A stretch of DNA of 64,000 bases from Thalia democratica. Lineage: Eukaryota. The notes beneath the pieces are model-generated. The model saw nothing but the letters and a program-made list of their open reading frames with translations. It searched no databases and was not told the DNA's origin. The stretch lies in the NCBI GenBank assembly GCA_965202585.1, contig OZ241827.1, forward strand, positions 57,722,001 to 57,786,000, in the 5' to 3' direction. Every line of letters starts with the position of its first letter. The stretch's first letter is position 1. Made by a program: the position numbers and the translations under genes. This document shows, one piece after another, positions 44,667-56,437 of this stretch.

Positions 44667-45739
44667 CAGGGGCGTAGCGTGGGGAGGGACACTGGCGCAT
44701 GCGTGCTACCCAAAAAAAGAAAAGAAGTAAAAAAAAAGAATGTAATATCTTTATCCTTTATTGTTTTTTTTTTTTGCTTAACTTGCCTTTTTTCAAGTAT
44801 GTTTATCTAGTATTGAAAAAGTTAAACGAAATTTTGAATACCAATTAGTGACAAGTTAGGAAAATTTCTCAATGTACTGATTCGGTGCGCAAACGAAAGT
44901 GCGCACTGATGTTGATGTAAAACTCCATAAGGAAAAAGTTAATAACTTTATTGATTTCATAAGAATTTAGACTCAAAAAGTACGCAACTAATTAGTGCAC
45001 CGCTGTAGTATAACCTTATGGCAGATTTTTGTACAAAAAGTTTACAAAAATACGTCACGCATAAAGGAAAATTAAACAATTTTACAATTCTTTTTTATGT
45101 TACAATAAATGTTAAGACAACTGCTAGTTTTCTGAACTTTTTTTTGTAAAAATACAAGAAAAAGCGTTTCGGCCAATGAAAATAAATTTTGTTTGTGATT
45201 TTTATTTTAAACAAATACAATCAGATGAATTAAATTTGAAAAGTATACTTTTAACTATTTTTAAAAGTTGTAATAAATTTTAATAATAGTTATAAAATCG
45301 GTCTATTTCAACTTCTGTGTAAATTTATTTAACTTATGTGCAATGAGGTGTTGTTATCACTGTTGTATTGTATATTAAAGAGATTGATAATTTTTCATAA
45401 ATAAAGCAGATATTTTCGTTTTATTGAATATATTCATTTTTAAACATATAAAGTTTATTGTAAGTAGTAAAAACAATTTTTATTTAGTAAGTTTACATTT
45501 GTGCAAGTATAAGTAATTTTAATGAAATTTATAGTATTTTTAAATTGTTTAATTTGTAATATATAAGTATTTTTTGAAACAGTTACTTTGAACTTACTTA
45601 TTTTACTTAATGAATTTAATTGAATTATATTACTTATAAAAAGATCTTTTTATAGCTAATTACAAAATTTTTATTTTAGGGGATTTTTTGAGAAAAAAAT
45701 TTGCGCATCCCCTGATCAAAATACCACGCTACGCCACTG
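44667..45739. mobile_element. Non-autonomous hAT-like DNA transposon
   Basis: 16-bp TIRs CAGGGGCGTAGCGTGG / CCACGCTACGCCACTG (15/16 match); 8-bp TSD CTACGATT / CTACGACT (7/8); no transposase ORF. Confidence 0.8.
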
Positions 45740-48471
45740 CTACGACTACATGTAACTATCTAAAATGAATACTTTATAAATTTACGCATTTATCAACTAA
45801 CAAACTTAAATCAAATTATGTTGCTAATTCTCATAATTATACTAATGCTAGTAATTTATTTTTCAAAAATTGTTGATGTGCTAGTGTAAAGCAAAGAAGT
45901 AAAACAATAAGAAAAGAAAACTTGAAATTTTTTAAAATTTATATGCGCATAATTATTCAAGATGAAAGCAAGTTTATAAATTTAAAGAGAAAGAAGTTTC
46001 TAAAACTTTTATTCAATAATAAATCTTAAGAGGAAAATGTTAAACGAAAAGTGAAGTTGCTTTTGATGATTTTATGAACAATTAATCAGATTTTAGTTAT
46101 TCTTAAACTGAAGTCTTGTTTATGTTTACTTATGTTTTATTTATATTTACAAACAATTTTTAAGGTGAGTTTTTATTGATTTTTACACACAATTTATTTT
46201 TCAATTTACCTGTTCGTATGCTGCCCAGACAAAATCTAATTAAAAAACAAATATCGTAATATTTTTAATTTTATAGTATTAAAAAAAACATAAGTTTTAA
46301 TTTGATGTTGATAATACTACAACTTTTTAATTGTACACTTGTTTAAATATCAGACTTTAAATTTTTTAATAATTAGTTATAGATCTAAAATTGCATATTG
46401 TACTCATAAATTTAAGTACAAGTTGCTTGAAAATATAACTAATGTTATTGGTAATTATAAATTTTTGTAACGATTTTCAACTAAATCACAAAAAACTTGT
46501 TAATAATATTTGTTTTAAAACATGACTTTAGAAAAAAAAATTTACAACGTTTAAAAATCTATAAAAATTTTTATTGAAGGTTAGTAAAATTTGTACTAAA
46601 AGTAAATTTTTGGACAGAACAAAAATATTAATTTTGTATATATGTTGGTGCTGTAAAAATTAGTTAACGAACTTTGAAACTAAAGCTTTATATGCTATTT
46701 TCCATGTTTTTTAATTTTAATTTACATTTCGAATTTTTTGACAGATTTGAAACAAAAGTCATGTTTTTTGGGAGTGCTATCATTGAAAAAAAAGTTCTTT
46801 TATTAATATGTATTTAAAAAAAAAAGATTATTTTATTAATTAAAATTAGTTTAAATTTTGTTGAGATACAACTAAACTTCAAAATTTGTTATACTGTACA
46901 TCTTAAATTTTTAAACAATAAAATGTTTATACATCCTCATAAGAAACAAAGAAATTCATTTAAAGAACGCTAATGGCTTTGAAAAACTTGATTAAAAGAT
47001 TAAATAACGCGCTTTATACAAATTAACCTTAACCAAGTTGAACTATAATACTAATAACTTTTTAAATACTTAAAGCCAGAAGAATTTAAATAAAAAATAT
47101 ATTTTAAGACTTAAACAAAAAAATTACATTTGGTTACTTTTTAAGTACCGAAAAAAACTTTGTTTATCAATAATGTTTTATTTGTTTTCAACAAGTTGAA
47201 AAATATTTAAAGCTTTAGTTCACAGATATTTAACTTTTTGCTAGAGTAAACAAGAAAAAAAATATTATTTTACGCTTGATAGCTAAATTATAAATTTGTT
47301 AAAGGAAATTTATCGAAACTGTTATTTGCAATTTAATTTTATATCAACCTTAATTAACATATTCGAAATGATAAAAAGCATTTTATTTCCTATTTACTTC
47401 ATTTGGTATTTAGAAGTATTAGTTATTATTTCAATTTTAAATAAAAAAATACACTTTGCTGTTGCGTTTTTTTAGTTAAAAGGAAATTAAAAATTACCAT
47501 GTTTATTCATTTCTAGTTTTGTTTTGCAATATAACTTTAAAAAATACATCAGTAAGGTTTTTTTAATAACTTTAGTATTGATATTTAGTCAAAAAAAGCG
47601 TCAACTACTAAACTTTATTTATATTTCAATGAAAAAGGTAGGAAAAAACAGCAATAAATAATGTTATTTAAAAATACAGTTATAAATTATTTTAATCTTT
47701 TTACTTATTGTTAAGATCAGACTTAAGTGCTTAATTGAATATAACATAAATTTTAACATAATTAAACTAACTAAAAGTATGACATTTAACGATTTCAAAA
47801 GGTTTTTAAAATAGAGTATAAACGTCTGACAGAAAAAAGTACAAAAGTTACATTTTAATACCGTACTATAATTTAAAGTATTTTATTTACAATTTTTTTC
47901 TAACATGTTTTAAACTTGGTTAAGTTGTTATTTGTAAAGCACTAAAAACGTAAGTTATATCGTTTAAAATGATCTCATTTTATAACAATTCATAACTTTA
48001 ACACAATCAATGACTGAAAATATTTGAAAAATTAATTACTAAAAAAAATTATGTTATCATAATAGAATTATTTGATTTAATTTAATGTTTGTAATACTAA
48101 ATTTTATTTTTTGTAAAGTGTTTCTTTCCAACTTAAACAATAAAATCCTTAAACATTTTCAAAAAAAAAAACTCTTAGTATTTTAATAAAATATTTTCAT
48201 TTTAAGTTATTAGACATAAGTTTGTAAGACAAGAATAAATCAAAAAAATAATTACTAATTGTAATACAAATTAAAAGCCAAGGTAAAAATCTAACTACTA
48301 TGAAAGTTTTTCTTAACAGTTTTCAGCTTAATTTTTAGAGTAATTTCAAAATAAGAATAACACGTATGGAAATATACCTCTATGACAAAAAAGTTTAGAA
48401 CTTTATTGAAATATTATAAGCTTGAAACAGTTGTAACTTTTTCACTAGAACTTGTTTACTTTTTTAGTTGT

Positions 48472-51400
48472 TTATTTTTGTGTATTAAATTTTGTAATCA
48501 GACTCTTAACAGTTTTGACCAAAAGAACATCTAGTTTTGAATAGATAACCGGATTAAGTAAACTGTTGATTGGTAGGAGAACTATTGATGTAATTGAATG
48601 TACAATGTCAGGAATTTGGTATCCAAGAAAACTTCTAAAAGAAAATAAAATTATAGGTAGCCAGCAATTTATGCCTGTTGCTACAATTAGAGATACTCTC
48701 CAGAGCATAGTTTTTTTCTTTTTTAGAGTTGTTTTTAGAAAGTTTCTCAGTGTTAGTTTACTTTATTTTTATAAAAATCAAGACGTACCCGATTGAGATA
48801 AAAGTAACTAGCAGCAAATTAAAATTCATCAAAGTTACATTAAACTTTGAAATAAAAGAAGAATGTATTTAAAAGTCAAGTAGGCACACAACATAAGAGC
48901 TATAAAATCAAAAAACTTTTTTGATATCAATTCTGGTGTTTGGATACTGATTTTTAAACGTTTCTGAATTGAAATACAATTTATTCAAATCGCTGATTTT
49001 ATAAATGCTATTAAAGGTGGTTTATCGTTTGTATGGGAAGCTGTCCAAACATTCTCAATGTTTTCAGCTAGTTTGAATAACTCGTTTGGTTTAATAATTC
49101 GGTTAACAAATTTGTTGGGAAATAATAAATTGTTTGATATAATAAAATCCTGCGTCAATTCCTTTTTAAAAGTTATTGGTATTAACGATATAAATATTGG
49201 AAAAACTGGACAAACTATCATGATAAATATCACTCTGGTATTTCTAACGTCTAAAATTCTAACAGGTTTATAAACAGTATACAGCCTAAAGCCTTTCATT
49301 GCTACTAGAATGTTTAAAGAAGTCTGAAAAGAGATTAATGTTAAAACCCCTATTCCGTTACAACTTAAATTTGATCGCCATTCAAGATCTTTTGTGCAAA
49401 AAACTCCTGAAAACTTGTGTGATGAGACTGCTACTGCACTAGGAACAAATCCAAAAATAATGTCAGAAAACGATAAGTTTAAAATAAATACCAAATTGTA
49501 ATACTTTGCTGAAAGCTTATTACCAATACAACTTGATATCTTTAAATTTTCAAGTATTACTACTGTATAAAATAGAAGTATTCCTGTTAAAGTATACCAA
49601 ATAAATTTGTTTAAAAACTGAGTTTTTTATCATTTCTTTTAATGAACTAATCGGATTTTCCTTACACTCGTCGGAATAATCTTCACAATCTAACTTATCA
49701 TCATTGACTTTTTTTCTGTCTATTGAAACGGAAAAGCCTTCAGTACAATTAAAATGAGTTAAATTAGAACAACATTTTTCATCAGACTGATCTTTACAGT
49801 CATACACTAAATCACATACTTTTTGAATGTCAATAAGTTCGTTAGATTCACACCTGAAAAACCATGGGCAGTCCAGTAAGTTATTTTTGCATGTTCCGTA
49901 CAAATCTTTTTCATCAAATACAAAACTCAAGTTTCGTAGTTTGTTTGTGAATGAAAACATGAAACTTTGTTTATTCAAAGATACTTTAATATCGGCTGCT
50001 ATTTTAGCATTACTCAGAGGAATATTGTACAAAACTAAATTATTAAAATAAAATATTTTGTCAGAAGCTAAACCATCTTCGTTTAGTTATACCGGTAATA
50101 GAAAATACTTCTAAGTTTTTGAAAAGAAAATTAAAACACCTAATGAAACGATACAACTTAGTGTAATAACATTTATGTTTTACGAATATAGAAGTAAGAA
50201 AGTGTTCCTGTGAGCACTCATTTTCTAAGTAAGGGCACTCAAAATTAGCATTTGAGGATCCGTATTCATTTGATAAAGTATACAATTTTTGACTTTTAAA
50301 CATATATTTGTTTTTATTTGAGTGATAGCAACGATTTGGACCAGAATTTGAAAAAAGGCCGGAAAAAAATATAGCTTCAAGAAAATAATTGTTTGATAAA
50401 ACTTTTACTGAACTATTAAAAGCTGTTTTACCATGAGCACACTTTACCACACTCGACCTTTTAACTTTAATTGCGGTATTGCAAATTTTTCATCAATACC
50501 ACCTGGCAAAACAATCTCTAAATTAAAAATGATATCAAAATCAAATTTTTGTTGTACAACCTGTTGTTGCTGTAAAACACGTCACATAGCTGCTGTTTAA
50601 CTTCAGATGCTTCACAAGTGCATTCATCAGATAAGTCAGGGCAATCTATTACTCCATCACATACTTGACGTTTAAGAATAATTACGCCATCAAAACATCG
50701 AAAACAGTAGAAATTTCCAGTTTTATCAAAACACTTGTCTTCCTCATTAGTACAGAACGATTTATTAGATAGTCTTTGAGTTGGTTGAGGTACTATATTA
50801 AGGTGGGGTGTTATAAAGTCAGCTTCACGTTTTGAAAATAATTCGTTAAACATCATTGTTTTGCATTTTAAACCAAAGTTATTACTTTTAAAAACAATTT
50901 ACTTCTCTTTAACATTTTACTTTGGTCGACATTTATTATATCAGTGAAGCTTTCATTTGTAAAAATAACTACAAATTAGACAAATCGTATACAATAGTTC
51001 CGTTTAATAAAAAATATCGTCCAAAAGTTGTATAGTTTTTACACACTTCTATTTCATCAGATCCATCAATGCAGTTTATAACTCCATTACACTGTAATCT
51101 TTTTGGTAAGCATCTGCTTTGGTCTAAACACAAAAATAACTGACTATGAGAGCAGTTATGTATTTTCGTCTTTGTTACTTAAACAATCTTGTTTACCATC
51201 TTTTACCTTATCATAAGAAATACATCTATTAATTCTACACTTAAACTCCAACTCAAAACTGTCAAAGTTTGTAACATTTTCGTTTGATCCATCACTGCAA
51301 TCTCTCACGTGGTCGTTTACAGAACTTCTTAGAATGCACTTTATACTGCCAGATGTGCATTCAAATTCAGTTTTGGGGTTGCAACTAGTTGTTGATATCT

Positions 51401-51842
51401 ATTAATTAGCTTAAATTGAAAAAAAAAAAATCAAAAAAGATCAAAAACTTTAGTTATATAAACTTTAAAACACAATAAAAGAGACACTCAACCGTAAAGA
51501 ATTTATATCATTTTATAATCGCTCACGTTTATTTGAGCACTCTACTATTATCTAGCTAATGATTTTTATAGTCTATTGTATCTATATGTTTTTGAAGCTT
51601 ACGGTTTTACAGCTATCTACAATTCTGTTATTGAATGTTTTTCTGCTTTCATTTTTACTGAAGTTTAATCCAAACAAAGGACGTTCTTCACTGGTATTTC
51701 TTTTAAGACAAGTAAAGCAACTGTAAAAAAAAGCAATGATTAGACTTTATGTGTAAATAAACAAAAACAAAGTTGTAGCAGTCATTTGTTACTGAATTAA
51801 CCAAAGTAATAAATATTATCCATTTTTGGGGCTTTTTGTCAT
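48472..51842 (-). pseudogene. Disabled LDLa-repeat G-protein-coupled receptor (GRL101/RXFP-like 7TM, no LRRs)
   Basis: At least 6 LDL-receptor class A repeats (e.g. CLPKRLQCNGVINCIDGSDE, CDGVIDCPDLSDE, CDLVYDCKDQSDE), hinge CKENPISSLKEMIKN, TM2 FILNLSFSD, TM3 after W..S..CN.IG, ECL2 YSSYVVCL, TM6 CWLP, TM7 LPINSLLNPVIYS. Many frameshifts and stops. The boundaries of the first two exons (about 51793-51842 and 51494-51720) are tentative. Confidence 0.85.
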
Positions 51843-52643
51843 TCGGTGGAAATAAATATGAACCAAGCAACTCAGTAAATAGGCGATATCTAATAATTTT
51901 TTTTTTATGTCAAAGAGGCAATTATGAAAATGAGCTTTGAAAACCCAAATGCAACTTTACTAGTTTTTAAGAATTTTATAAAATGTTAAAATCTTCTGCT
52001 ATTACATTATCGTCTGATAACACATTGTGTTGGTAAGTACTTTTACGAGCATGCCTACTGTTATCTGACGTCTTTTCAGCCGATTGGCAGTAGATATTTA
52101 AGTTTAACTAGTGGTCAAGATATGATTTAATGTAACGTCTAATATATATCTATCATAATTGTAATAAATAACCGGATATACTATCTTAATATAGCCTAGA
52201 AAGTAAATCTTTAATTTAACCTTATTGACTTCAACGTACACCTTACTTTATAAACTTAATACAGAACAAAATACCATGTACTTTAAAACTACGAGGGGAA
52301 TGCCCCGGAGTGGTAGTCACATAAATTGCCATGCTGAACCGCGATGAAGGTTTTCTAAAAGGTAGTTTAGCTACATCTAGACTGTAGGGGCTTTATAATT
52401 AGGGTCCATGTTAGATATGGCTTTGAGTCGAAGATAACTTCAAATAATAAAAAAAATCAAGACAAGCAGCAATTTTAAATACTGATTTTATTCAGGTTTA
52501 AAATCAATATAAATAAATACAATTCTAGAAAATTGGCAAATTAGTCAAATATAAAACTTAGCAATGTAATAATTGAAATTTGTATAAAAGAAGTTAGAAA
52601 TGTTGTTTTAGGTTAAACAGAAACAAACTGCTGGGTTCCAACT

Positions 52644-52845
52644 CAACTACTCAAAGTAAAATACAAAAGTTGTGTTCCATCAAGCAGCAAATTCAAATCA
52701 GTTATAAGTGAACTGCTTCGACCACTCAGAACCAAATGCACAACCTGTGTTCAAACAAGCAGCAAAATCAAACACAAATTAGTTATAAGTGAACTGCTTT
52801 AACTACTCAAAGCCAAGTCTACAACCTGTGTTCCAATAAACAGTG
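52644..52845. repeat. Degenerate minisatellite, about 2.5 copies of an 85-95 bp unit
   Basis: Recurring AACTACTCAAAG...TGTGTTC..CAAGCAGCAAA...AGTTATAAGTGAACTGCTT. Confidence 0.7.
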
Positions 52846-55800
52846 AATTGACTGCAAGTATAAAAATAGAATTTTATTAATTATTTTACATCAGGAACAA
52901 CGCATTTAAAAATTAATTACAAGTGACCAAACTTCTTGATTAATTATTGGCCGTTCAGTTTCATGTTGATATTCAAGAAACTACTTATTATCAGGAATGC
53001 ATTGCCAGTGGATTAAATACTGATACTATCAATATAAAAAAAAATTACTTAACTACGTTCTACCGATAATACTAAAAATATAGATTCAGCACTAAAAATT
53101 TATTTTATAATTCTACCATAAAACAATAAAAATAACATTCACAAACGTGCAAGTCAGAGCTCGACGGTTTGTTTGCAGGGCAACTTTTATTAAAAGTCTT
53201 AGCGTTTCTTTACAGTTCTCAGCAATTCTTACTGAAGTCCGAGCCAAGCTAAGACCTGAAGCGTAAAAATAGTCTAAAATTCTGCTTTGGTTGAACTACA
53301 ATAGAAGTTTCTACTTTAGAAAAAGCTGTCAAAAAACAAACGAAAACTGGACGTACATACAAATCAATATACACTTTTTTTTTAGTTTTTCGGCGGTCTT
53401 ACAGGGTTAATCGAAAAAACGGTTGTAAGCGATCAACGAAAGCTAAAAAGTGTATTGAGATACACTTGTTTTCGTTTCTTAGCGATTTTACTGAAATCAG
53501 TGGACTATAATATAAGTGCAATGCTTAGTAAAAGTCGCCAATAACACCGAAAGCTGAGCGCATATGTTAGCTAAATTACAACCTAAGTGACGTTCACAAT
53601 TAGACCCGAAACACGTTCTGGTAAACGGTTCTCTAGGTCTTGTTTCTTACCAAGTCAACAAATACACTATTCTAAAAATAAGTGAAATCTTGTTATTATC
53701 AATCATCTTAAGGGATGACAAACTACTATACTGTAAATAAATTGAAAGTTTATAAATTATCCGTTTCGTTTAAAAAACTTTAATATATATTTTGAATATC
53801 ATATAACATAATTTAGAGTTAAATCATTATATCGTTTATAGTAAAATACATAGTAAGTAATCTAATTTTAATTTATTCAATTTGACTACTTACATTACAA
53901 GTTATATAACTATTTTTGCTTAGTAATTATCATTTAAGCTTTTTAGCTTATCAATAAGAAATTAATTTTTTTACAACAAAACATATTTTTAAAGTCCAAA
54001 CTAAAACGTTTCATTTTTTTTTTATTTTAAAGCAATTTAGTAACCTTTTAAATTCCAGGATATGCAATGAACTAACTAGCTTAGTTTTTAATAAGTTCAA
54101 AATAACTTAGAGAGTCTTAATGATAGTGTTAACTTAAAGTTATTTAAACAAATTTGTTGTTTAATTTAAAAAAAATTGGGAAAAACAAATATTTTTGTTT
54201 CGTGAACTAAAACTCACATTAATACGTCATACATAACTAAAATCTAAAGGTCATTATTACTATGTATTTGTAGACAAATATATTTTGTTTGATACATAAT
54301 ACTTGCCAGCGTACATTTAACTTAAATAAATATTTATTTGAATCTAAATTAAACCTATTTTAAAGTTATCTAAAATTAAAACCAAATTAGTATAATACAA
54401 AAATAACCAGAGTAATTGCGAATTTAAATAATTTTTTTATATTAGATAATACTTTGAAGCTGAAAAATAAAAAACCTAAAAAATATGATGAAAACTAGTT
54501 TAAAGTTTAATGAAAATAAAACCTTACTAAACCACAATTGTGTTCTATTTTGTATTAAACTCTAAACAAACTTAAACTGAACGTAGCAACAACTTGGTTT
54601 TTAATTTCTAAAATTACATTTAATGCTATTATGTATACAAGTTTATATTAAACTTCTTTGAGTATTACAGTGATTAAACTCAAAGAAATCAAACTACATT
54701 TTTGAAATATTATTGGTTATAAATTATACATCTATACTTTTAATAATATCTTAAATAGTGCTATCTTAGATAAAAATATTCTTAAAATCTTTAAACTATT
54801 GTTCTGAAATTAACATGTGAAAATGAACAAAGTTATACATTTTTTCGTGTTAACTCTAACCTATAAAAACGAAAACAAAATTAAAAACTTTTAGTTTAAC
54901 TGTTTAAACTTTTTAAGTATTAAAAGTTTAAAAACTTTATTACAGTAGATAACCTAAATTCAATTGAAAAAAATTGAATGATTTTTTTTTTCTTTACAAC
55001 TGTAAATTAAATAGTAAAAATAGGAAGTCGAACTATATGACGTAAAATATTAAGCTATATCAAAGCAAATAGTTTACAATTTTTTACTAGCTTAAACAAT
55101 ATTTTTTGAAATGGTGTTGATTTAAAAGAATAGTTATATTTCGCTAATGAACATACTTTTATTATCTAGATAATCTTGAAATTATATTTTAGAAAAGAAA
55201 GAAAAAGACTAAGTTCCCTAAAAATTAATTTTATTCCCTAAAAAAATAAAATATTTCATAGAAAAGTTTGACTTTACTCAGAAAAGTAAATTAAAGGTTA
55301 TATTTTTAAACAAGATAAAATTCAACTATAATTTTTTTTATGTTTGTCATACTGCATTTCTAAGTTGTATACAAAAAAATGTAGTCCTCGAGGGCCTGTG
55401 GTAGGAACAACTTTAATAGCAGGAAGTCCTTTTTTTGTGCTAAACGCTTACCGCGTTTAGCTCTTAAAGCTTTTACTGAATTTACCTCACTCATTTGTTT
55501 TAAATTTATAATTTTTAAGTATTTAATAAACTTAATATAAATAATTTCTTTAATGAAGTGAGTTTATTGAACATGTGATTTTAATATAAAAGAAAGTAGA
55601 AGTGATAAAGCAGCCAATATATCAGCAGAATAAAACTGCGAAAATAAACACAACAAATAAACACAAAGTTTTACAAATATAAATGTTCTTAAAGTGTTTG
55701 AATGTCACAATCTTAAATACAAAAATAGGTCTTACTAGTTACTCAAAGTCTTAAATTGTTATGTGCTTCTTGCACGATCTTATGGTTGAACTAAGCACAA

Positions 55801-56255
55801 TATAGTTCAATAATGCAAATAAACATCAAATTCTTGTTAAATGAAAATAATAAAAAAGTTCTTATAATTAATTAGTGTGCCTCTCGCACGGTCTTGTGGC
55901 TTAACTGAGCGCAATAACAAACATTGTTATAGTTTTATTGTGTTGATTTGATAAACAATCGTCGAACGCACCCTGTCGGTCATTTTAGAACAACAAAATT
56001 AACATTTTGGTTACAAAATAACTTATTGTCTAAAAGCTATTGTCTTTAATACTCTTAAAGTTTACTTATGTGAAAAACAGTGAACATTTTTTGTATTAAA
56101 ACAAAAACACATTGTTTTAATCAGTAAATCTATCTTTAGTAAAAAAAGCTGAACTTGATTATTATGTCAATACACTAAAACGATATCCGTAAGTTATCAA
56201 TTTATTATTTACTACAACACACTTTTAATTAGTTTATTACATTTCACTATCACAG

Positions 56256-56437
56256 ATGGAAACAAGATTCGTGTAGTGCAGACAGCAAATTGAACTCAGA
56301 ATAAGAAGAGCTACAGTTTGAACTTAAAAGCAACAAGAAGGAAATGAGGCGGCTCACCGCAACTTTGGCGGGAAAACATGCAGATAACCGCCACCTTGCG
56401 GAAGAGTTTAACAATTTGAAAATCGATAACAACGTTG
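56256..56437 (+). pseudogene. Orphan exon-like relic encoding a coiled-coil-like peptide with one in-frame stop
   Basis: cacag acceptor, GTATTA donor, GC-rich island; WKQDSCSADSKLNSE*EELQFELKSNKKEMRRLTATLAGKHADNRHLAEEFNNLK. No partner exons were confidently found. Confidence 0.4.

Noticed and set aside
52270-52300. TACGAGGGG resembling a mariner TIR start
   Set aside because: No partner TIR and no transposase remnant.
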